The notes under the pieces are model-generated. The model saw nothing but the letters and a program-made list of their open reading frames with translations. It was not told where the DNA came from and did not search any database. Of a DNA stretch of 64,000 nt, positions 1 to 8,967 are shown one piece after another. Numbering within the stretch: the stretch's first letter is position 1; each line of letters begins with the position of its first letter. The DNA is taken from NCBI GenBank assembly GCA_040390045.1, contig JAZJZC010000004.1, forward strand, positions 579-64,578. Direction: 5' to 3'. The translations under genes and the position numbers were made by a program. The DNA is from Patescibacteria group bacterium (GTDB lineage Bacteria; Patescibacteriota; Minisyncoccia; Phycocordibacterales; SIBU01).

Positions 1-60
1 TTTCAATAGACCGAAAGAATGTTATAATCGTCTTATTATTCTCTAAATTAAATAAATTAC

Positions 61-615
61 ATGAAAAAATCTGTATACATTATCGGTGCGATTATAGTTG
101 TGGTTTTACTCTATGGTTGGATGACCTACAACAGTTTAGTTTCTGCCAACGTAGCCGTTGACGGACAGTGGGCACAGGTGGAAACTCAGTATCAACGACG
201 TTTTGATTTAATTCCAAACCTCGTTGCCACAGTTTCAGGAATTTTCAAGCAAGAACAAACAGTTTTCACCGCTCTTGCTGATGCTCGAGCTCATTACAGC
301 GGCGCACAAAATGTTGATGCAAAAGCTTCAGCTGCGACAGAAGTAGAAAGCGCGCTCTCAAGGCTTTTGGTAGTTGTTGAAAATTATCCAGAATTGAAAT
401 CTTCTGAGGCGGTACAAAATCTTATGGCGGAATTGGCTGGTACCGAAAATCGCGTCAGTGTTGAACGAAAACGTTTCAACGAACAAGTTCAGAGTTACAA
501 TCTTTTGACTAGCCGTTTCCCGTCCTCAATCATTGCTTCGATTGCTGGGTTTAAGGATCGAGCGTATTTCCAAGCTGCCACAGGCTCTGAGGTTGCACCC
601 AAGGTAAGTTTGTAA
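61..615 (+). CDS. lemA: LemA family membrane protein
   Basis: Has an N-terminal TM helix followed by the LemA-type sequence (YNSLV...QYQRRFDLIPNLV...ENYPELK). The typical LemA-TPM gene pair is present downstream. Confidence 0.75.
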   Translation: MKKSVYIIGAIIVVVLLYGWMTYNSLVSANVAVDGQWAQVETQYQRRFDLIPNLVATVSGIFKQEQTVFTALADARAHYSGAQNVDAKASAATEVESALSRLLVVVENYPELKSSEAVQNLMAELAGTENRVSVERKRFNEQVQSYNLLTSRFPSSIIASIAGFKDRAYFQAATGSEVAPKVSL

Positions 616-757
616 AGTTCTAAAGTTAATTATAACTCGCAGGTTTGGCGCTCTTCCCTGCCTACCGGCAGGCAGGTTCGTTGCTTCGCGCCTGATTCAC
701 CAGAATCACCTACTGGGTTAGAATTGCATCCAAACCTGCGAGTTCTAAGCAAAGATA

Positions 758-1675
758 TTGATTAAGTCGAAGTTAAATTTAATGATCTCCGCCTTTAAAA
801 AAGTTTTCTCTCTCTCGTTGGTTTTTCCATTGGTGGCTTTCGCATACCAAAGTCCCGGTAGCCCGACAGGTTTCGTGAATGACTTTGCAAATCTTTTGAG
901 TCAGCAGGCGCACGCCACGCTTGAATCCAAGTTGACCGCGTTTGAAAAAACCACGGGAGATGAAATCGCAGTAGTAACTGTTAAAAATCTTGGGGATGAA
1001 ACTGTTGAGGATTTTGCCGTGGCGCTTTTTAAGGAATGGGGAATTGGTGAAAAGGGGAAAGACAACGGTATTCTAGTTCTTGTGGCGGCAGAGGAACACA
1101 AAATTCGTATTGAAGTTGGTTACGGGCTTGAAGGTGATCTGACGGACGGAGAAGCCAGTTCAATCATCAGGAACATCATGACGCCAGCATTTCGTAACAA
1201 CGACTATGATGGTGGCATCCAAACTGCTGTCGATCAAATTATTGCCGCAGTCGCTCCCGATTACGCTTCGGGTGCGGGGATTGAGATCGAACCTATCTCA
1301 GAACAATCTGGTGAGGGTTTCGACTTCTCAAATATTTTTTTCTTTATCTTTTTTGTACCGATTTGGTTGGGCAGTATTCTCAGTCGTTCTAAGTCATGGT
1401 GGGCTGGGGGACTTGTCGGAGGGGTTATTGGCGTAGTACTTGGATTTATTTACGGTTTTTTGTATCTTGGTTTGATCGCGACCATTTTCCTTATCCCAAT
1501 CGGTCTGTTGTTTGATTTTTTGGTTTCTCGAACCTATACTAAAAGTACTAGTCGCGGTATCCGCCCACCATGGTGGATTGGAGGTGGAAGAATTGGTGGA
1601 GGTGGCGGAGGTTCTTCATTTGGAGGGTTTGGTGGCGGGGGAAGTGGTGGAGGTGGTTCTAGTGGAAGCTGGTAG
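758..1675 (+). CDS. TPM domain (phosphatase-like) membrane protein with Gly-rich C-terminal tail
   Basis: Carries a TPM_phosphatase-type motif (GDEIAVVTV...GILVLVAAEEHKIRIEVGYGLEG). This is followed by TM segments and a GGGSGGG-rich tail, and it is paired with lemA. The true start may be the internal ATG near 782. Confidence 0.65.
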   Translation: MIKSKLNLMISAFKKVFSLSLVFPLVAFAYQSPGSPTGFVNDFANLLSQQAHATLESKLTAFEKTTGDEIAVVTVKNLGDETVEDFAVALFKEWGIGEKGKDNGILVLVAAEEHKIRIEVGYGLEGDLTDGEASSIIRNIMTPAFRNNDYDGGIQTAVDQIIAAVAPDYASGAGIEIEPISEQSGEGFDFSNIFFFIFFVPIWLGSILSRSKSWWAGGLVGGVIGVVLGFIYGFLYLGLIATIFLIPIGLLFDFLVSRTYTKSTSRGIRPPWWIGGGRIGGGGGGSSFGGFGGGGSGGGGSSGSW

Positions 1676-1733
1676 GAAAAGTAGATTCAAGATTCACGAT
1701 TTAAGATTAAAGAATCAGAGGGGAAGAATAAAT

Positions 1734-2351
1734 ATGCCGAAATTTAAACAAAAAGTTTTACAGTTGGCGGAAATGCGCATGAAAGATTTGGCGCGGGTTA
1801 CGCCGATTGATAAAGTGATTAAGTTTTTATTTTTGGGATTAATTCCGAAATCGGTAACCCCCAACCAAATTACCGTTTTTCGATTTGTTAGTGTGCCGTT
1901 TATTTTGGCCTTGTTGCTTACAGAGCAAAATCTTTGGGCGTTTGTTCTATTTTTGTTTTCCGCTTTGTCGGACGCAGTTGATGGAGCACTGGCGCGAACC
2001 GAAGGGCAAATTACTCGATGGGGAATTCTAGCTGATCCTTTGGCCGATAAATTATTGGTGGGAAGCGTGGCGGTGGTTTTAATTTCAAAATATCTCTCGT
2101 GGCATCTGACGTTTGTTATTGTGGCACTGGAAATATTTATTTTGGCCTCAGCGTATTTTCGCTATCGAGGTAAAGCTCTTCCGGCAAAAATTACCGGAAA
2201 GATAAAAATGGTTCTGCAGTGCTTCGGAATTATTTTTCTTTTTTGTTTCGTTCTTTTCGGCGGAGCATTCTGGCTTCTTCTCGCACAAGGCACACTCTAT
2301 CTCGGAGTTCTTTTCGCGCTTCTCAGCCTTTTCGTTCACAGATCAATTTAG
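1734..2351 (+). CDS. pgsA: CDP-alcohol phosphatidyltransferase (PgsA-like)
   Basis: The motif DAVDGALAR...G...D...DK is typical of CDP-OH phosphatidyltransferases. The start was reassigned to the in-frame ATG at 1734, which is preceded by the RBS GAGGGGA. The ORF-track start at 1512 overlaps the upstream gene. Confidence 0.7.
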   Translation: MPKFKQKVLQLAEMRMKDLARVTPIDKVIKFLFLGLIPKSVTPNQITVFRFVSVPFILALLLTEQNLWAFVLFLFSALSDAVDGALARTEGQITRWGILADPLADKLLVGSVAVVLISKYLSWHLTFVIVALEIFILASAYFRYRGKALPAKITGKIKMVLQCFGIIFLFCFVLFGGAFWLLLAQGTLYLGVLFALLSLFVHRSI

Positions 2352-2399
2352 TTGAAAGATTAAGGATTTAAGACTACAGTAATAGTCTCTTGTTTACAT

Positions 2400-2486
2400 G
2401 GAGAGATGCCAGAGCGGTCGAATGGGCCACCCTGGAAAGGTGGTATGTCCGAAAGGGCATCGAGGGTTCGAATCCCTCTCTCTCCG
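2400..2486 (+). tRNA. tRNA-Ser (anticodon GGA), type II long variable arm
   Basis: Hand-folded structure: acceptor GGAGAGA/TCTCTCC, anticodon stem CCACC/GGTGG with loop CTGGAAA, long variable arm, T-arm GAGGG-TTCGAAT-CCCTC. Confidence 0.8.
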
Positions 2487-2491
2487 CAATG

Positions 2492-2528
2492 AACCGCGCG
2501 AAAGTCTAAACGACTTTCGCGCGGTTCA
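2492..2528 (+). terminator. perfect hairpin aaccgcgcgaaagtc-taaac-gactttcgcgcggtt immediately after tRNA-Ser
   Basis: A 15 bp perfect stem is visible in the sequence. Confidence 0.5.
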
Positions 2529-2535
2529 TCATTGC

Positions 2536-2657
2536 GTGGAGAGGGAGGGATTCGAACAGCAGAGTAAAATTTTTAGCAGAAAATTTTGTGAGCTGGTGCC
2601 CAGCCCGAGTTCGCTGACGAGCGAACGAGAGGTGCGGGCGAATCTCCTACCCTCCGC
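2536..2657. repeat. tRNA-3'-associated element, copy E1 (cognate tRNA-Ser GGA)
   Basis: Starts with the reverse complement of the tRNA-Ser T-arm/acceptor (ggagagggagggattcgaac). Ends with a direct copy-like sequence (ggcgaatctcctaccctccgca). Contains the shared core gagctggtgcccagcc...gagtcg...ttttctgct(a/g)aaaaa (reverse complement). Confidence 0.6.
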
Positions 2658-2714
2658 AATAGAGTTTTGATAAGAGTGTGACTTGAGTACCTAAAAGGAT
2701 CACTTTAAGTTAGA

Positions 2715-3032
2715 ATGGTAAATATGGAAGGCAAGCTGAATAATATAAAATCTGGGTTCTCTGGCTACATGGCCAGGAGGGGGTATGAGTTGGTTGAAGA
2801 GAGAAATTACCCCGAGGCTTTTGGAAGTTGGTATATTGTCTATAAAAATGATTCTCGCTTTATCAGGCTTGTCTGGGATGGAAAAGATTGCGAGATTATA
2901 ATAGAAGAAAGCGAGGCCAGTGTAGCGACTACTGTATCATGGAAAAATATTGTGAACTATACATTGAAAGCAGATCTTCCAGCACCAGCAATTGAAGAGA
3001 TTGAATCAATTCTCGAAAAAAGTATTTTTTAG
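2715..3032 (+). CDS. hypothetical protein
   Basis: ORF of 105 aa with no recognisable motif. Confidence 0.4.
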   Translation: MVNMEGKLNNIKSGFSGYMARRGYELVEERNYPEAFGSWYIVYKNDSRFIRLVWDGKDCEIIIEESEASVATTVSWKNIVNYTLKADLPAPAIEEIESILEKSIF

Positions 3033-3179
3033 GCAGGTTATTCAACTTTGAAAAGATACCAAAAATTGTACAAACCTGAGAGGGTTAACGATATTAGTTG
3101 TAGGTATAAATTGACCCCATTCTTTTCGATAAGGGTGTGTTAAAATGGTTAGATTAATTAGTAATTTTAAATCACCACT

Positions 3180-3482
3180 ATGTTTTTTGGTATATTTGGT
3201 TGGGGAAAGAAATCCAGGAGATGGCCAATTGGCGAGGGTAAAGAACTCGTTGCGACATGGTCTTATTTTTCGCTAAATTTCGTGGCTCTTGCGTGGGCGA
3301 TACATTGGTACGTGATTGGAGAAAATCGTTCGGAAGACCGAGAGGTCACATACGACGAAGTTAAAGCACTTTTCCCTCAAAATACGCCGCATCTTACTAG
3401 CCTGGAACAATACGGCCTTTGGTGGGTAATCGGTGCTACCGCCTTACTTGTTATCTACGCTTTTGCAAATCGACAGTGGTAA
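3180..3482 (+). CDS. hypothetical small membrane protein
   Basis: ORF of 100 aa with two hydrophobic segments. Confidence 0.4.
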   Translation: MFFGIFGWGKKSRRWPIGEGKELVATWSYFSLNFVALAWAIHWYVIGENRSEDREVTYDEVKALFPQNTPHLTSLEQYGLWWVIGATALLVIYAFANRQW

Positions 3483-3509
3483 TTTGCGAAAAGTGTCTGG
3501 ATTTAAATT

Positions 3510-3935
3510 ATGACCGAAAAAACAATTCTAACTCCTGAGCTTAAAGTTTTTGATTTTAATGCCAGTTTGGATTTTTACACCAAACTTGTAGGATTTGAGG
3601 TGCTGTACGATCGACCGGAAGAAAATTTTGCTATGCTCGGTATAAACGGAGCTCGCATTATGATCGAAGCCCTAACTCCAAAAAGTCGCACATGGAAAGT
3701 GGGGAATTTAGAAAGGCCACTCGGTCGTGGCATGCATTTTCAGATAGAAGTACCAGATGTTCAAGTGTTGTATCAAAACTTCAAAAATGCTGGTTGGCCA
3801 ATTTTCTTTGAAATGGAAGAAAAATGGTATCGGATGAATGATCGGGAACTTGGTAATAAACAATTTTTAGTGCAGGACCCCGATGGATATTTGTTAAGAT
3901 TTTTTCAGGATTTGGGTAGCAAGCCAATTAAATAA
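3510..3935 (+). CDS. VOC family protein (glyoxalase/bleomycin-resistance fold)
   Basis: 141 aa. The VOC-like pattern FDFNASLDFYTKLVGFEV...MHFQIEV...DPDGYLL is present. Confidence 0.6.
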   Translation: MTEKTILTPELKVFDFNASLDFYTKLVGFEVLYDRPEENFAMLGINGARIMIEALTPKSRTWKVGNLERPLGRGMHFQIEVPDVQVLYQNFKNAGWPIFFEMEEKWYRMNDRELGNKQFLVQDPDGYLLRFFQDLGSKPIK

Positions 3936-3938
3936 TTT

Positions 3939-4580
3939 ATGACTAGTTGGTACCAAAAAAATATTGTTCCTCGTTTGCTCAATTTTGAAATGGGCGGAGA
4001 TGATTTGGAAAAGATCCGCCGTGTAGTTTTAGAGAAAGTAAAAGGCGCGGTTTTAGAAATTGGTGTGGGGCCGGGCTACAATTTTGCATTGTATAAAAAT
4101 ATTTCAAAATTATTTGCCCTCGAACCTTCGAAAGAACTTATCGAGATTGCCAAAACCCGTCTTGGTTCAACGTCATTTCCTATTGAATTTTTAAATACAG
4201 GAGCGGAACATATTCCACTGCCGGATCACTCTGTCGATACAGTAGTATCAACATGGACACTTTGTAGTGTTTCAGATCCTAGAAAGGTGTTGAGTGAAAT
4301 CAAACGCGTACTTCGCCCCAGCGGTAGTTTTATTTTTGTTGATCACGGAGCTTCACCTAATTTTTTAATTCGAATGATTCAAACTGCCTCAACATTTTTT
4401 ACTAAATATTTTACGGGCAATTGTCACTACGATCGACAACTTGAGAAATTGATTAGAGGAGCCGGTTTTGATATTAAGAAAATTGAGCACCCACGCGAGG
4501 GCTTTAAACTTTTGATTTATAATTTTCAAGGTGTTGCTATTCCAGTAAATTTGGAAACTAAGTTTCCAAATTTAATTTAA
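3939..4580 (+). CDS. class I SAM-dependent methyltransferase
   Basis: Motif I (VLEIGVGPGYN) and post-I/II motifs (VDTVVSTWTL...VLRPSGSFIFVDH) are present. Confidence 0.7.
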   Translation: MTSWYQKNIVPRLLNFEMGGDDLEKIRRVVLEKVKGAVLEIGVGPGYNFALYKNISKLFALEPSKELIEIAKTRLGSTSFPIEFLNTGAEHIPLPDHSVDTVVSTWTLCSVSDPRKVLSEIKRVLRPSGSFIFVDHGASPNFLIRMIQTASTFFTKYFTGNCHYDRQLEKLIRGAGFDIKKIEHPREGFKLLIYNFQGVAIPVNLETKFPNLI

Positions 4581-4583
4581 AAC

Positions 4584-5151
4584 ATGAGCCAAAATATCAG
4601 AAATGAAATTTTAGAGATTGTGCGAAAAATTAAGCCGTACGATGAAATTGAACGCGTGCATATTGCTGATGCAATTTCGTGGATACAGAGTGGCGCTGAA
4701 ATATTTCGGATACAAAAACCCGATATTCCGGCGAAACATTTAGTTTCTTATTTTGTTTTGGTTGATCCTAAAAAGCAAAAAATACTTTTTAGTCGATCAT
4801 ATTAAAGCGCAACTGTGGCTTCCGGCCGGTGGACATGTGGAATTGAATGAGCATCCGAGAGTGACCGTTCAAAGAGAAATTATCGAGGAGCTTAATATCG
4901 AAGCTAAATTTTTGGTCGTGGACGTTTTCTTTTTGACTCAAACTGTCACTGTCGGGCTAACTGCGGGACACACAGATGTTAGTTTGTGGTATGTTCTTGA
5001 AGCAGATTCAACTCAAACTCTCCAATATGATCCACGAGAATTTAATGGGTATAAGTGGTTTAGTTATGACGAAATAGTACAAACGCCACTCAAAAAATTA
5101 GACCCGAATCTTCATCGGTTTGTTAGAAAATGGATGAATATCAATTCCTAG
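4584..5151 (+). pseudogene. NUDIX hydrolase interrupted by a +1 frameshift
   Basis: ORF 4584-4805 (frame 0) and ORF 4753-5151 (frame +1) together reconstitute a Nudix protein. The Nudix box GGHVELNEHPRVTVQREIIEELNI is in the second ORF. The shift lies in the A-run near 4776-4800. Confidence 0.55.
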
Positions 5152-5181
5152 ACACTTAGTGTCTAGGAAGTTAGGAACTGT

Positions 5182-5305
5182 GAATTACAAAACCCCTCAA
5201 TCAACCCTTCTCTGTCCTTCCCGCGAAAGCGGGAATCCAGATTTCTCCCTTCAGTCCTAGATCCCCGCTTTCGCGGGGATGACACGTGAGAGGGTTTCGT
5301 AATTC
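5182..5305. terminator. 124 bp near-perfect palindrome between convergent genes (bidirectional terminator candidate)
   Basis: Outer arms are gaattacaaaacccctc and gagagggtttcgtaattc. Inner complementary hairpins are cccgcgaaagcggg and ccccgctttcgcgggg. Confidence 0.5.
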
Positions 5306-5320
5306 AAAGTAGCAAGAATC

Positions 5321-7216
5321 TCACTTTTGATCAGGAGTCTCAAGCATTTTCAAAAGCTCAGAAGTTTTAGCGGTTGCTACGCCGACAACTAAATCTGCCG
5401 CACCGTAGTAGAAAAATAACGTATCACCGCGCTCAATCACTCCACAGGGGAAAACTACGCCGGGCACGATACCTTTCCATTCATAATCTTCAACTGGTTC
5501 AAAAATCGGAAAGACGGAACGGGCGAGCACCACTGTCGGATCATTTTTATCTAGAAGAGCTACTCCGACTCGGTAATGTGTGGTGTTTGAGACACCGTGA
5601 TAAAAGAATAACCAACCTTTTTTAGTTTCAACTGGTGGACAGGCCAGGCCAATTCTGCCGCCATCCCACATGCCGCGACGAGGGTGGAGGAGTGGAATAC
5701 AGGTACGTACTGGTTCATTTTTCCAATCGAGAGAATCGACAAAGTCGGCGCAGATCAAATCATCAATACGGTGAATAATCATGTACTTGCCATTTATTTT
5801 TTTCGGGAGAATACAGGCATCTTTGTTGCCCACGGAAGCAAAGGTGATGAGACTTGGCGTTGACCAATTCCACTCGCCGTTTTGCAAATCTTTGACCGAG
5901 ATAGATGTACCGGCAACGCGAGGCGTGTTGCCATCGTACGCGGTGTAGAAAACATGAACACGATCTTTGATGAGTGTGGCGCGTGGGTCTTCACAACCCT
6001 TACTTTCAAAATCAACACGCGGAGTATAAATAGGTTTTTCTGATCGTTCGTCAATTGAAAAACCATCAAGCGACGTGGCGAGGCCGAAAGTTGAAATGTT
6101 GTCGCTCGAAACTGCGCGATAAAAAATATAAATTTTACCGTCAATTTCTACTGAGGCCGGATTAAATGTACCACGAGTTTCAAAGGCTTTATCGGGGCGG
6201 GGACTGATGATCGGATTATTTGGTCCGCGAACAAAAAGTGGCTTTTTCTCTACCATTGAGGCGAGGAATTTTTTTAAGTTGACGCGGGCGATGCAGGAGT
6301 GAGTATCAGCCGCACCGTAATAGATTTCTAAATTTTCGTCGGAAATTATGGCGCCGGTTGGGAAAATAATGTTTGGCACTTGCCCGACGCGTTCGTAATA
6401 TTCTTCAGGCACCAAAAATGAACCCTTGGTTCTGCCAATGATAAGACGCGGATTGTTTTTGTCCAAAAGTAGGGCTTCCACACCAAAACTTCGGTCACCT
6501 TGAAAATAATTTTGAATATGAGAGTACACCACAAGCCAGCCGAGCGACGTCAGAATGGGCGGCGCGCCGAGTTCCACTTGTTCGTTATTTCCGCGACGAA
6601 CGTTTAGGGTATGAAGAGAAATATCTCTTTTCCATTTCTCCCAAAACTCGGGATTCCACATGTCAGATTCTTTTTCGAATTCAACGTAGCAGATTTCAGA
6701 CGGCGGTTCGTCGGTGCGAATGGTAAGGAGTGCTGCGAATTTACCACCAATCTTTTTTGGAAACAGCGCCATGGCTTTGGCGTTAAAGGGAGTAATGGAA
6801 TGTTTCTCCATAATTTCCATTTTCTCGTTGACTTTGGCGAGAGCAATACGAATACCGTCTTTTTGAACGGGGTACATTGAAAGTGCGGTATAAAAAATAT
6901 AGTGAATTTTGTTGAAGGTAGTTACTCGAGCATCTTCACAACCGAATTTTTCCCACTCATGTTCGGGAGTGATGAATTCTTGACGATTGTCGAAATGCTG
7001 ACCGTCAGAACTTTGCGCCAGCCCGATCGTCGACACTGAACGTCTCACTCCGTCTTGCAGTTTCGATTCAGATTGCGCGCGATACACAGCGGCTGTTACG
7101 GGAGATTTTCCAACTGGAGGAATTGGACACCAATTAAAACTGCCAGCGGATTCCCATTCGTGGTGAACTTCGGGGGAGAGGATTGGATTGTGTTTATCGC
7201 GTTCAATTACAAACAT
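5321..7216 (-). CDS. glycoside hydrolase family 130 protein (glycoside phosphorylase-like), tandem two-domain
   Basis: Two GH130 repeats, each with NP(I/L)LSP, GCEDPR/GCEDAR and YYGAAD motifs. 631 aa. Confidence 0.7.
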   Translation of the reverse strand: MFVIERDKHNPILSPEVHHEWESAGSFNWCPIPPVGKSPVTAAVYRAQSESKLQDGVRRSVSTIGLAQSSDGQHFDNRQEFITPEHEWEKFGCEDARVTTFNKIHYIFYTALSMYPVQKDGIRIALAKVNEKMEIMEKHSITPFNAKAMALFPKKIGGKFAALLTIRTDEPPSEICYVEFEKESDMWNPEFWEKWKRDISLHTLNVRRGNNEQVELGAPPILTSLGWLVVYSHIQNYFQGDRSFGVEALLLDKNNPRLIIGRTKGSFLVPEEYYERVGQVPNIIFPTGAIISDENLEIYYGAADTHSCIARVNLKKFLASMVEKKPLFVRGPNNPIISPRPDKAFETRGTFNPASVEIDGKIYIFYRAVSSDNISTFGLATSLDGFSIDERSEKPIYTPRVDFESKGCEDPRATLIKDRVHVFYTAYDGNTPRVAGTSISVKDLQNGEWNWSTPSLITFASVGNKDACILPKKINGKYMIIHRIDDLICADFVDSLDWKNEPVRTCIPLLHPRRGMWDGGRIGLACPPVETKKGWLFFYHGVSNTTHYRVGVALLDKNDPTVVLARSVFPIFEPVEDYEWKGIVPGVVFPCGVIERGDTLFFYYGAADLVVGVATAKTSELLKMLETPDQK

Positions 7217-7389
7217 ATATTTTGTCGCTAAATTGTATCATATTATAAATTTTAATTTCGATACGAAAATACGAATTATATATACGAATATACGAAATTA
7301 TACGAAAACTTTTGCGGTGGCACTACAATTTTTGTATATTTTCGTATTTTCGTTAGTCCGTCTTTCGTATTGAAGGACAGTCTTTATAT

Positions 7390-8493
7390 TTATACCCGTT
7401 CAAGCTGACTAAAAATTTTCGAAAGTGGCGCGCTTGCCATGCAGACGTGTTTATCACCTCCGCCGTAGTATACGAAGAGTGTGTCGTTTTTAATAACCGC
7501 TCCGCAGGCGTAAATTACTCCCGGCTTCCAATCATTCTCATACCATTCATCGGGAACAAGCAGAGGATTTTTTGCTTTAGCCAAAACGTTTTGCGGATTA
7601 TTCAAATCTAAAAGTAGAGCTCCAAGTTTGTAGCGATCCGGATCTTTTTTATCAATCGCATGATAGAGCACAAGCCAGCCTTTTTCTGTTAGCAAAGGTG
7701 GCGGTCCCACTCCGCGTCTCATTGTATCCCATCCCTTAGCTCTTGGTTCTTGCGCAAAACGACTTTTTATCACGTTTCGGCCAGTTGTGAGATCTTCGAG
7801 TCGGTCGACATAATCAATTTGTACATTCGGCGAAACGCTGTGCAAAATGGCAAATTTCCCATTAATTTTTTTAGGAAAGAGCACCCAATTTTTGTGGATC
7901 TCTCCCTTCGGAGAAATGAACAAGGGTTTACTCCAATTCCATTTCTTCTCAAAAAAATCTTTTTCTTTTATCGAAACAGCGGCGATGCGAATAAAATCCC
8001 AACCATCGAAGGCGTTAAAAGTGACGTAAAGCCTGTCGTCAATTTTAACAATGCGGGGATCCTCAGCTCCGCCCCAGCTTCCACCAGAAGGATAGAGTCC
8101 GAAATCATATCGTTGAAGTTTTCGAGGAACATTGCTTCTCGGCGTGTCGAGGGCAAAGACCGGATAGGGAACAAAGTCATTAAATTCAATACCATCTTTG
8201 CTAGCGGAATATCCAAATCGCGAAATGCCATCAGAGCCCGTGGCGCGATAGAGCAAGTGAATTTTTCCATGCTCATCGGCAATGGCGGCCGGATTAAATG
8301 TTCCCGTCGCTTGCCACCAGTGTTCTTCTTTTGGTGAGAGCAGTGGATTTTTGGTGTGCCGCGCGAGTGAGTGTTTTTCAGATTCTGCCTGAGATTTTTT
8401 GGCTTTTCGAACGAGGCGTCTGGACAATACAAAAGCCAGAATCAAAATGGAAATAATTAAAATTAGATCTGTAAAAAGAAAAGATAACGGCAT
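7390..8493 (-). CDS. GH130 family protein with N-terminal membrane anchor
   Basis: An N-terminal TM helix is followed by NPLLSP...GAEDPRIV...YYGGGD motifs. Confidence 0.65.
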   Translation of the reverse strand: MPLSFLFTDLILIISILILAFVLSRRLVRKAKKSQAESEKHSLARHTKNPLLSPKEEHWWQATGTFNPAAIADEHGKIHLLYRATGSDGISRFGYSASKDGIEFNDFVPYPVFALDTPRSNVPRKLQRYDFGLYPSGGSWGGAEDPRIVKIDDRLYVTFNAFDGWDFIRIAAVSIKEKDFFEKKWNWSKPLFISPKGEIHKNWVLFPKKINGKFAILHSVSPNVQIDYVDRLEDLTTGRNVIKSRFAQEPRAKGWDTMRRGVGPPPLLTEKGWLVLYHAIDKKDPDRYKLGALLLDLNNPQNVLAKAKNPLLVPDEWYENDWKPGVIYACGAVIKNDTLFVYYGGGDKHVCMASAPLSKIFSQLERV

Positions 8494-8527
8494 GAATTAT
8501 AAAAAATCGATTTGTAATCGAAAATGC

Positions 8528-8890
8528 CTAGGCCCGTCCATACTTATCCTCAAAACGAACGATATCTGCTTCGTCAAATTCACCGCGCGAAATTTCTAAA
8601 AAAACTACGGGACTTGAGCTGGCTTCGATGTGATGTTTTGTTCCTCGCAGAACGCTGTATTCAAGTCCAGGCGCGACGGCTGTTTTTGTGCCACCCACAG
8701 TAATTGTTCCTTCCCCAGAAATAATTTTCCAAAACTCATCTCGATGTTCGTGTGATTGCAAACTAAACGCCTGTCCAGCATTGACCGTAATAATTTTAAC
8801 TGTCACCGGTTCATTTTTGGTAAATCGGGTAAACGATCCCCATGGCCGCTTTTCAGTATATATAGAGTTATCCATAGAAGTACCACCCAT
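8528..8890 (-). CDS. cupin domain protein (mannose-6-phosphate isomerase-like small cupin)
   Basis: The cupin motif G(X)5HXH (SLQSHEHRDEFWKIISGEGTITVGG) is present. Confidence 0.6.
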   Translation of the reverse strand: MGGTSMDNSIYTEKRPWGSFTRFTKNEPVTVKIITVNAGQAFSLQSHEHRDEFWKIISGEGTITVGGTKTAVAPGLEYSVLRGTKHHIEASSSPVVFLEISRGEFDEADIVRFEDKYGRA

Positions 8891-8967
8891 ACGTTTGTAT
8901 TTGTTACCAATTATTATATCACTATTTATATGCGAGACCTGTTTATAACCGAACCTAATTTTACCGA

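Noticed and set aside
1512-1733. 5' extension of the pgsA ORF in the six-frame track
   Set aside because: It overlaps the Gly-rich tail of the upstream TPM gene and has no RBS. The in-frame ATG at 1734 has a GAGGGGA RBS and starts the conserved domain.
7750-8337. 195 aa plus-strand ORF antisense to the GH130 gene, and similar antisense ORFs within valS, ftsZ, tsaD, ftsA and hisS-like
   Set aside because: They are fully contained in the opposite strand of well-supported conserved genes and have no domain signal.
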